A stretch of 32,000 nucleotides of DNA from Gemmatimonadetes bacterium T265. Its GTDB lineage: Bacteria; Gemmatimonadota; Gemmatimonadetes; Gemmatimonadales; Gemmatimonadaceae. Shown piece after piece: positions 1 through 6,931 of this stretch. Within the stretch, counting starts at the first letter, position 1. The number at the start of each line of letters is the position of its first letter. Below the pieces are notes generated by a model. The model ran no database searches, was not told the DNA's origin, and saw only the letters and a list, made by a program, of their open reading frames with translations. Made by a program: the position numbers and the translations under genes. Location: the NCBI GenBank assembly GCA_019973575.1, contig BPUI01000001.1, forward strand, positions 1,220,342-1,252,341, written 5' to 3'.

Positions 1-134
1 GGCACGGGGATCCGGACGCGCTGCTCGCGGAGTACCGGCGGGCGGTGGCGGACGTGGAGGCGACGCGCGAGGCGCTCAAGGCGCAGCTCGCGGGGGCGCT
101 GGAGTCGGCACTCAGCATCGGGACGGCGGCGTGA
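1..134 (+). CDS. 3' end of upstream gene, probably type I R-M methyltransferase subunit (HsdM), partial
   Basis: Frame 3 reads ...EYRRAVADVEATREALKAQLAGALESALSIGTAA with TGA at 132-134. This overlaps the GTG start (131) of the HsdS-like ORF (GTGA overlap, operon-style coupling). The HsdM call rests on synteny only; 43 residues are not diagnostic. Confidence 0.45.
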   Translation, partial: HGDPDALLAEYRRAVADVEATREALKAQLAGALESALSIGTAA

Positions 135-1633
135 CGCCGGAGGCGCTGCGGGCGCAGTTCGACGTGTTGGCGGAGGCGCCTAACGGCGTCGAGAAACTAC
201 GCGAACTGGTCCTACGGCTGGCGTTCCAGGGACGCCTGCTCGGCGAGCCCAGCACGCGGGTGAGCGATGGGCTGCCCAATGGCTGGGCATGGCGAACCGT
301 CGGAGATCTGGCAAACGCGATCGACAGCGGATTTGCATGTAACAAGCAGAACGAGGTCGCTGACGGCTACGTCCATCTCCGCACACACAACGTCGGCACA
401 GATGGGCGGCTCAACTTCGACCTCGTCGTCCGCATCGCGCCGGATAGGGTGCATCCCGAGCGGGCACGCCTGCAGGCGGGCGACGTGCTCTTCAACAACA
501 CAAATAGCCAGGAGCTTGTCGGCAAAACCTGCTTGGTCGATCGCGACTACGAGTACGGCTTCAGCAATCACCTGACGAGAGTTCGGGTCAGCGACGCGGT
601 CGCGCCCGGTTATCTCGTGCGCTACTTCAATCTGCTGCTCCGTACGGGATACTTCGCCTCGTACTGTAATCGCTGGATCGGCCAAGCCGGCATCAACTCA
701 AAGATGCTCCGCGAGGTGACCATCCCTGTCGCGCCGATTGCTGAGCAGCGTCGCATATTGGCGAAGGTCGACGAGCTGATGGCGCTCTGCGACGAGCTGG
801 AAGCGCAGCAGCAGCGTCGCGCCGAGGCGCGGGTGCGGGCGAACCGGTCGGTGTTGCACCACCTCGTGGAGGCCAGCGGCGACGAGGCGCTCGCGGCGGG
901 GTGGGAGCGGCTGCGCGAGAACTTCGGGGTGCTCTACGACGCGCCGGAGCCCCTAGCTGAGTTGCGGCAGTCGGTGTTGCAGCTCGCCGTGCGCGGCAAG
1001 CTTGTTCCATTCGACGCCGCCTCGTGCACCGCGCCGCTCGGCGAAGTCCTGGCCGAGAGCTCACTCAACGGCATCGCCACAAAGCCGCATGACGGGCCAA
1101 CTGGAACACCGATTCTACGGATCAGCGCCGGAACGGCGCGGCGCGACGGCATCGTCGAGGAGAGCGACCACAAGTTCCTGGACCTCGACGCCGCGTCAAT
1201 CGACACATACGCCTTGCGACCTGGGGACCTGCTCGCGTGCCGCTTCAACGGCAACCTCCGTTTCGTCGGACGCATGAGCCTATACACCGGAGCGAGCGGC
1301 GCCACCCAGGTCTACCCGGACAAGTTGATCCGATACCGCGTCGCTCCGGACAGGGCGGACCCCGCGTACGTCCGCCACGTGTTCAATGCGCCCGACACGC
1401 GGCGGCTCATTGAGGCCGAGTGCGCAACCACGGCGGGCAACATCGGCATCAGTGCCGAGCGGCTCCGCACCATTCCTATCCCCGTTCCCTCTCTCATCGA
1501 GCAGCGCCGCACAATCGCCAGGATCGACGCGATTATGGCCCTGTGTGACCGCCTCGACGCCCAGCTCACCCACGCGCGCGAACGCTCGGCCCGCCTGGCT
1601 GATTCGGTTGTGCATCGCCTCACCGCGGCGTAA
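131..1633 (+). CDS. hsdS: Type I restriction-modification specificity subunit (HsdS), two target-recognition domains
   Basis: 500-aa ORF with the classic two-fold HsdS layout. Two variable regions (first opens with LPNGWAWRTVGDL, second with PLGEVLAESSLNG) are each followed by near-identical conserved helices: IAEQRRILAKVDELMALCDELEAQ and LIEQRRTIARIDAIMALCDRLDAQ. GC is visibly lower in the first variable region (301-360 is 55% by hand count). Confidence 0.9.
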   Translation: MTPEALRAQFDVLAEAPNGVEKLRELVLRLAFQGRLLGEPSTRVSDGLPNGWAWRTVGDLANAIDSGFACNKQNEVADGYVHLRTHNVGTDGRLNFDLVVRIAPDRVHPERARLQAGDVLFNNTNSQELVGKTCLVDRDYEYGFSNHLTRVRVSDAVAPGYLVRYFNLLLRTGYFASYCNRWIGQAGINSKMLREVTIPVAPIAEQRRILAKVDELMALCDELEAQQQRRAEARVRANRSVLHHLVEASGDEALAAGWERLRENFGVLYDAPEPLAELRQSVLQLAVRGKLVPFDAASCTAPLGEVLAESSLNGIATKPHDGPTGTPILRISAGTARRDGIVEESDHKFLDLDAASIDTYALRPGDLLACRFNGNLRFVGRMSLYTGASGATQVYPDKLIRYRVAPDRADPAYVRHVFNAPDTRRLIEAECATTAGNIGISAERLRTIPIPVPSLIEQRRTIARIDAIMALCDRLDAQLTHARERSARLADSVVHRLTAA

Positions 1634-1751
1634 GCGCGCCGGACGCCTAACGCAAGTCGACACCCTGACGCGCGTATCGGTCGCGCGGTGGCGAGCACGG
1701 CGTGCACCGCCCGGCACGGCCGCCCGTAGGCAATCCACACCGCTCGCCCGA

Positions 1752-1772
1752 CGCCGCGCCTTCGGCGCGGCG
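1752..1772. terminator. GC-rich hairpin between convergent hsdS and kinase genes (candidate bidirectional terminator)
   Basis: cgccgcgcc-ttc-ggcgcggcg gives 9-bp perfectly complementary arms (effectively 8 bp plus a cUUCGg-type loop). It lies 119 nt after the hsdS stop and 35 nt after the kinase stop. There is no clear U-tract. Confidence 0.35.
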
Positions 1773-1806
1773 CGGACCTCCGCCGCGTGTGGCTCGGCAA
1801 CCGGCA

Positions 1807-4341
1807 CTACCTCGTGAGCGTGAACGTGAACGGGAGCTGCACGAGCTGCTTCACCTTCTTCCCGCCGATCTCGGCCGGGTAGAACCTCGCGCGGCTCACG
1901 CCGTCCTTCGCGGCCTGCGTGAAGAGGTCGTTCGTCGACTCGAGCACCTTCCACGTGCTCATGTCGGCGAGCCCCGTGGTGTCGACGACGAATTGCGCCG
2001 TGACCTTGCCGTCGCCGCCGCCGCCGAACTTGAGCGCCTCCGGGTAGCTGGCCGAGAGCGTGCCCGGGACAGCCGCTGCCTGCTTCTCGACCTGGAACTC
2101 GAAGTAGGTCATCCCCGTGGACGCGCGCCCGGTCGGCGTTGCCGATCCTGGGAGCGGCGCAGACGACGCTGGTTTGGTCGGCCATTGCCCTGGCGCGGCG
2201 CCCTGCGACTGGACGACTTGGGGACTCGCCGGCTCCGTACTCTCCGAGTGGCCGGCGACGCGTGCGGCCACGTTCCCGGACACCAGCCCGAGCACCGCGG
2301 CCGCGCCCCATGCAAGGGCGGCGAGTCGTCGGTCCAGCAACGCGCGGCCCGCGACGGCGGCGACGTTGGCCGTCGCCGCGCCGACCGCGACCTGCTGCGC
2401 CCCGATCTCGCGCACGAGCCGGCCGCGGAGCTGTGCCGCGGCGCCGCCGAGTTGGCGGAGCACGCCGGGGCCGGCCGCGAGCGCCCGCTCGATCTCGTCG
2501 CGGCGGCGGGCGAAGCGCGCCTCCAGGGCCGCGAGTTCGGTGGGATCGACGGCCTTCGACGGATCGAAGAGAAACGTCCGTTCGACAAACCGCCGCCACG
2601 CGACGAGATCGTTCGCCCGCTTTCCGCCGAAGCCAGGGACGGCGACGACGGCCGCGTACGTGACGTCGGCCGCCGTCTCGATCCCGTAGGACGCCAGCGT
2701 CGCCGCGCGTCCGGCGCCGATCCCCGGCACTCCGCTGCTGGCGATGAAGTGCCCGTCGAGGTACTGCTGGAGCTGGTGCTCGCGGCGCCTTGCGTCCAGC
2801 TCCTGCCGCGCGCGCCGTTTGTCCGTGTCGAGCCCCTGGTGTTCGGACCGCAGCGCGTCGAGTTCTTGCCGTTTCGCGCCGAACTGCCCCGCCGCCCCGC
2901 CGATCTCGCGCGTCCACCGTTCCTCCATGCTCCGGAGGCGCGCGCCTGCCGCCTCGACCTCTCGCGTGCGGCGCTCGTGCTCCCCCGCGAGCCCCGAGCC
3001 GCGCCGCAGGCCGAAGAAGAGCAGGAGCAACCCGGCCGCGACGGCGTCGGCCGGCGCTCCGGCGCCGCCCACGGTGCCCGCGACGAACGCGCCCCCGGCA
3101 GCGGCGGCGACGAACCGGTGACTCCGCCACGCGGCGCGTCTCCAGCGTGGCACGGGCGCGGTGGGCTGGGCCGCCGCGGACGCGGTGGTGAGCGCAACCG
3201 GGATCGCGGGACTCGCCTCGGGTGCCGGAACACCCATGATCGCCGCCCACACCTCGACCGCGTTGAAGCCGGCGAGATGCTGCACGCCGACGAGCACGCT
3301 CGCGAAGAAGTCCGGCCCGCCGGCGTTCGCGATCGCGCACCAGGGACAGGCGCCGAGCCCGCGCGGATATTTGTGCCCCGGCATGACGGCGCACGTCGTG
3401 ACATCCTTCGCCAGCGCGCCGAGCGCGGTCTTCCACTCGGCCGCGGTAGGGCGGGCGCCGTCCCGAACCCCGTCGCGCCCGAACGCGCGCTCGAACAGGT
3501 CGGCGACGTCCGCCGACGCGCTCGCGAGCGGGAGCGCGTTAGGCGGCGGCGCCATCTGGAGGGTGCCCGCGTTCCGGCCGAAGGCGAAGCGGAACTCGGC
3601 GATGGCCTGCTCGAGCGGCATGTCGCCCGCGCCGGCGTACCGCCCCGCGAACGGGTGCCGGCCCATGAACAGCAGGTGGAAGACGAGGACGGCGAGCCCG
3701 AACGCGTCGTGGTTCGGCGTCCGGGTAATGCCGACGAAGCTCTTCCCCTGAAGCTCCGGCGGCGTGAAGTGCCCGACGCCGACCTCGCACGGAAACCAGC
3801 GTGACCCGTCGCGGATCTGGAACGAGTCGCAGTCGATGAGGCGGACGCGCCCCTCGCGGGCGACGAGCACGTTGCCCTGATTGACGTCCCCGATCACGTG
3901 CCCCGCCGCATGCACCTGCGCCATCGCCGCCGCCAGGTTGTGCGCGACGATGACGAGGCGTTGCCAGTCGACGTGCGGGAACTCCGTCTTGCGCGAGATC
4001 GGCGAGTAGAGCCGGTGGACGGGCGCCCCGCTCGCGCGCGGCATGACCAGGCCGACCACGGGCGCGCCCGCGCCGGCTGCGCGCGCGTGCGCGTGAAGCG
4101 TCGCCGTCGGCCACGCCGCAACCTCCGTCAGCGCGGGGCGCACGCCGCGCACCATCGCGGCGAGCTTCGCCGATTGCTCGGCGTCTGCCGTCTCGTGGTA
4201 CAGCTTGGCGACGCAGTCCGGGGCGTCGATGATCTCGTAGACGTTCCCCTCGCCCCCTCGTCCGATCTCCCCGCCGAGGTGCAGCGGCCGCCCCGCCGCG
4301 TCGACGAGTGCCCCCCACGGTGGCGCCGTGGTGCTCGTCAT
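1807..4341 (-). CDS. Ser/Thr protein kinase of a vWA/PP2C/kinase triad (YegI-like), with helix-hairpin-helix region and an in-frame C-terminal TonB-like module (844 aa)
   Basis: The real start is ATG 4341 (MTSTTAPPWG...). The upstream 260 codons of the 1104-aa ORF are an Arg-rich shadow of the PP2C gene. Kinase motifs: Gly-loop GEIGRGGEGNVY, Lys in VAKLY, catalytic HVIGDVNQGNVLV, IDCDSF. These are followed by C-x5-H-x8-C-x2-C (TTCAVMPGHKYPRGLGACPWC), a hydrophobic hairpin, coiled-coil-like charged repeats, two HhH motifs (GVPGIGAGRAATL, VPGFGGKRANDLV), a TM helix, a P/S-rich linker and a TonB_C-like end. No stop codon occurs before 1807. Confidence 0.9.
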   Translation of the reverse strand: MTSTTAPPWGALVDAAGRPLHLGGEIGRGGEGNVYEIIDAPDCVAKLYHETADAEQSAKLAAMVRGVRPALTEVAAWPTATLHAHARAAGAGAPVVGLVMPRASGAPVHRLYSPISRKTEFPHVDWQRLVIVAHNLAAAMAQVHAAGHVIGDVNQGNVLVAREGRVRLIDCDSFQIRDGSRWFPCEVGVGHFTPPELQGKSFVGITRTPNHDAFGLAVLVFHLLFMGRHPFAGRYAGAGDMPLEQAIAEFRFAFGRNAGTLQMAPPPNALPLASASADVADLFERAFGRDGVRDGARPTAAEWKTALGALAKDVTTCAVMPGHKYPRGLGACPWCAIANAGGPDFFASVLVGVQHLAGFNAVEVWAAIMGVPAPEASPAIPVALTTASAAAQPTAPVPRWRRAAWRSHRFVAAAAGGAFVAGTVGGAGAPADAVAAGLLLLFFGLRRGSGLAGEHERRTREVEAAGARLRSMEERWTREIGGAAGQFGAKRQELDALRSEHQGLDTDKRRARQELDARRREHQLQQYLDGHFIASSGVPGIGAGRAATLASYGIETAADVTYAAVVAVPGFGGKRANDLVAWRRFVERTFLFDPSKAVDPTELAALEARFARRRDEIERALAAGPGVLRQLGGAAAQLRGRLVREIGAQQVAVGAATANVAAVAGRALLDRRLAALAWGAAAVLGLVSGNVAARVAGHSESTEPASPQVVQSQGAAPGQWPTKPASSAPLPGSATPTGRASTGMTYFEFQVEKQAAAVPGTLSASYPEALKFGGGGDGKVTAQFVVDTTGLADMSTWKVLESTNDLFTQAAKDGVSRARFYPAEIGGKKVKQLVQLPFTFTLTR
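1810..2112 (-). other. TonB C-terminal-like domain (last ~100 aa of the kinase ORF)
   Basis: MTYFEFQVEKQAAAVPGTLSASYPEALKFGGGGDGKVTAQFVVDTTGLADMSTWKVLESTNDLFTQAAKDGVSRARFYPAEIGGKKVKQLVQLPFTFTL matches the TonB_C pattern as I know it (YP..a...g..G.V...fvVd..G.v....vl.s.......aa..av...rf.Pa...G..v...v..Pf.F). It is preceded by a TM helix (LAALAWGAAAVLGLVSGNVAARV) and a Pro/Ser-rich spacer. Recognised by eye, not by HMM. Confidence 0.7.
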
Positions 4342-5195
4342 GCGGTCCAGGCGGTCGCGGTCCGGCGCGTCGCGAGGACGAGCGTCTTGTCGTCGTCGGT
4401 GCGCGCGTTGACGCGGGGCGAGTCCAGGAATTCCCGCAGCCCCGCGACGAGCCCCGGCGCGTCGCCCGTCGGCCGGCCGCGGAGCTGGCCGAACATCGGG
4501 CGGAAGAACGGCGCGTGGGCCGCGCGCGCGTCGAAGCGGAGCGCGAGCCCCTGCAACCCGTCGGAGAAGAGCGCGACCTCCTCGACGATGCGGTCGCGCA
4601 CGAACGCGACCTCGAGCCGGCACAGCGCTTCGGGCTCCGTCGCGAAGAAGGTCATGTTGGCGTACTCGCCGGACTGCGGCCAGAAGACCGGGGCGTACCC
4701 GACCGGCTCTGGCGCGTCGACGACGATGGCACCGTCCCCGATCTGGGCGAAGACGGCCGCGTCCGGGCCGACGACCGCAAGCAGCAGCGTACAGGCGAGA
4801 TCGCGAGGCGTCGCGTCGAGTTCCGCCGCGCGAGCCGCGACGGCGGCGTGCACGCCGAGGAACCACGCCTCGACCGTGTCGCGCGTGGCCGCGTGGAGCG
4901 CGTGACGTTCGAGGTGATCGCGGACCTCGCCGAGGATCGCCGCGCAGGCGAGCGAGGAGCCCTCGTGCGAGAGGCGCGCGCTTCCCGCGCCGTCCGCGCA
5001 GGCGAGCGCGAGCACCTCGCCGTCCGGGCTCGCCAGGTGCTCCGTGTCCGACGCGTCCTGGCAGCCTGTCCCGGTCGCGCGGTGCGACGTCCCGACGACC
5101 GACGCCCGCACGACGCGCCACCCCGGGCGGGCCGACGTGGACCCCGAGGGCGTCGCGTCCGCCGGGAGCGGCCGGTCCGCGGTGGGGAGCGTCAC
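4338..5195 (-). CDS. PP2C-family protein phosphatase (PP2C_2 type, YegK/PphC-like)
   Basis: GTG at 5195 is the first start downstream of the vWA stop (25-nt gap). Motifs: WRVVRASVVGTSHRATGTGCQDA, ACADGAGSA, ALFSDGL. The stop TGA 4338-4340 overlaps the kinase ATG 4339-4341 (ATGA). The annotated 330-aa ORF start at 5330 would overlap the vWA gene and is Arg/Pro junk. Confidence 0.85.
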   Translation of the reverse strand: MTLPTADRPLPADATPSGSTSARPGWRVVRASVVGTSHRATGTGCQDASDTEHLASPDGEVLALACADGAGSARLSHEGSSLACAAILGEVRDHLERHALHAATRDTVEAWFLGVHAAVAARAAELDATPRDLACTLLLAVVGPDAAVFAQIGDGAIVVDAPEPVGYAPVFWPQSGEYANMTFFATEPEALCRLEVAFVRDRIVEEVALFSDGLQGLALRFDARAAHAPFFRPMFGQLRGRPTGDAPGLVAGLREFLDSPRVNARTDDDKTLVLATRRTATAWTA

Positions 5196-5220
5196 GCGCC
5201 GCGCCGCCGGTGCCGGACGG

Positions 5221-5910
5221 TTAGGCGCTGATGGACGCCCAGCCGCCAGCCGCGGTCGGGTTGACCAACGCGACGCTGGTGCCCGGCGTCGACTGCGAGA
5301 TCGAGCGCATCGAATTGGAGAGCCAGACAAACAGGTCGCGGAAGCGGAGGCCGTCCATCTTGAGCGCGGGCCGCGCCGGCGAGAGCTGCGCGAGCACGTC
5401 CATCTTCGCCCCGCCGATCCCGACGGCGAACATGGAGAACGACTTGCTCGCTTCCCCCTCGCGGATCATCGCGCTCGCTTCGTCGACCCGGTCCGTCGGG
5501 GCCCCGTCGGTCATGAGGAAGACCCACGGACGGTAGAACGCGATGCCGTTCACCTCGTAGACGGCCTTCCGCTGACGGAGCAGGTCGAGGCCCTGCAGAA
5601 TCGCGCCGCCCATGGGCGTATCGCCGCCCGCGGTCAGCATCGGCGGCACGTAGGCGCTCGCGCCGACGAAGTCGTGGGCGACGCGCACGGGGCCAAAGGT
5701 CACCGCGGCGATCTCGACGCGCTTCGCCGCGAGCGCGTCCGCGTTGAGCTCGTCCCTCAACGCGACGAGTCCACGGTTGAGCTGTTGAATCGGCTGCCCG
5801 CCCATCGAACCGGAGGTGTCGAGCAGCAGCACGACGGGACACCGCGGCTCGGGGTTCTCCGCGAAGTCGTCGGAGCCGAAGGCGATCTGCTCGTGGGTGG
5901 ACTCTTCCAT
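5221..5910 (-). CDS. von Willebrand factor A (vWA) domain protein, TerY/YegL-like
   Basis: MIDAS motif DTSGSM, later GGDTPMG and LMTDG; the N-terminal NPEPRCPVVLLLD is typical of TerY-type vWA proteins. I prefer ATG 5910 (MEESTHEQ...) over ATG 5970. By hand count, third-position GC is about 70% in the 20 codons between them and about 88% afterwards. Confidence 0.85.
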   Translation of the reverse strand: MEESTHEQIAFGSDDFAENPEPRCPVVLLLDTSGSMGGQPIQQLNRGLVALRDELNADALAAKRVEIAAVTFGPVRVAHDFVGASAYVPPMLTAGGDTPMGGAILQGLDLLRQRKAVYEVNGIAFYRPWVFLMTDGAPTDRVDEASAMIREGEASKSFSMFAVGIGGAKMDVLAQLSPARPALKMDGLRFRDLFVWLSNSMRSISQSTPGTSVALVNPTAAGGWASISA

Positions 5911-6194
5911 GATGCGGGGCGACGAATCGTGGGACGCCCGAACGGGACTCGAGCGATGAAGCAGTGACATGGATCACGCTGCCACAACCTGCGGGAGAGT
6001 CGCGGCACCAGCAAGAGCCGCCGTTCTGCCGCGGTCGGGTACGTCCTCTGTCGACACATGTAGGGACAGGGGTACGCGACGGAGCCGACGCGCCGCGTGC
6101 TGGAGAACGCGGGGCTGTGCCACGAGGGCGTCCTCCGGCGCCGGACGACGAGCCCGCTACAGCCCCGCCCCGCGCGATGCCCACGGCCTCGCTA

Positions 6195-6524
6195 TCACGC
6201 GCGGCTCGCGGGCGCGACCCAGGCCCGCCCGGTCGCGAGGTCGCGCGTCACGTCCCAGCCGCGGAGGAAGGTGACGCCGAGGTTCACGGCGAGCGCGAGC
6301 CCCTCCGTGTCGCACACGACGCGCATCGGCACCGCGACCGCTCCCGTCGCAGGCGCGACGCGGGCGGCCAGACTCGCCGGGCTCTCCACGGTCAGCGTCC
6401 CCGGCGTAAGCTGGACGGCGATCGCCCGCCCGGCGAACACGTCCAGCCCCAGGGCGCCGTCGCCCGGGCCGGTCCCCGCATCGGTCACCACACCGATCCG
6501 GCGCGTGTCGGCGCGCGTGGACAC
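6195..6524 (-). CDS. Hypothetical protein (109 aa), weak resemblance to retropepsin-like (clan AA) small proteases
   Basis: GTG start. Third-position GC is about 95% by hand count over the whole ORF, which supports real coding. The C-terminal NLGVTFLRGWDVTRDLATGRAWVA resembles the LG.dFL..f.v..D motif that closes bacterial retropepsin-like domains. The N-terminal VVTDAGTG is only a degenerate D-T/S-G-A. The function call is tentative. Confidence 0.55.
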   Translation of the reverse strand: MSTRADTRRIGVVTDAGTGPGDGALGLDVFAGRAIAVQLTPGTLTVESPASLAARVAPATGAVAVPMRVVCDTEGLALAVNLGVTFLRGWDVTRDLATGRAWVAPASRA

Positions 6525-6728
6525 GTGAGACCATGGAAGCTGTTAGGCGGCGGGGGGCACGCGCCCGAGTCCGGGCGGTGTACGGGTGCCCGGCGACGTA
6601 CGTGGAACGCGCGCGAGTAGACGGCCGAACGGACCCGGCGGTGTGCCAGGGGTGCCGTCCGGTGCGACGTCAGTGCTCCCGCGCCAGGGTGTGCCCTCAG
6701 ACTATCCGACCGAGTCACCCGTACACGA

Positions 6729-6760
6729 GAACCGGCCAGCGCGCGCGCGCTGGCCGGTTC
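6729..6760 (-). terminator. 32-nt perfect palindrome immediately downstream of tRNA-Phe (candidate terminator)
   Basis: gaaccggccagcgcgc|gcgcgctggccggttc is exactly self-complementary (about a 14-bp stem plus 4-nt loop). It starts 32 nt after the tRNA 3' end on the minus strand. A weak U-containing tail follows (UCGUGU). Confidence 0.55.
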
Positions 6761-6791
6761 CTAAGCTCTGTCCCTTCAACACGTTAGAGAG

Positions 6792-6864
<73 letters not shown>

Positions 6865-6897
6865 GTGATCTGGTAACCCATTGCAAATCAACGACTT

Positions 6898-6931
6898 GCA
6901 AACCTGTACCAGAATAAGTCCGCAAACCTGT
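6898..6931. repeat. Two copies of the 10-mer GCAAACCTGT, 24 bp apart, in the AT-richer segment upstream of tRNA-Phe
   Basis: GCAAACCTGT occurs at 6898-6907 and 6922-6931. A related TTGCAA occurs at 6881-6886 and 6895-6900 (self-complementary hexamer). This is the only clearly AT-enriched stretch of the window and is presumably the tRNA promoter/UP region. I could not assign a canonical -10. Confidence 0.4.

Noticed and set aside
1280-3804. Very long ORFs antisense to or out of frame with the kinase gene (1280..3436 minus, 718 aa; 1702..3804 plus, 700 aa; 2109..3404 minus, 431 aa).
   Set aside because: They have extreme Arg/Pro/Gly/Ala composition and no motifs, and they fully overlap a gene with clear kinase, HhH and TonB_C features. 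These are typical stop-poor shadow frames of high-GC DNA.
4342-5121. N-terminal 260 codons of the 1104-aa ORF (which would make a giant kinase starting at 5121).
   Set aside because: This part is Arg-rich junk lying out of frame over the well-formed PP2C gene. A proper ATG at 4341 overlaps the PP2C stop (ATGA).
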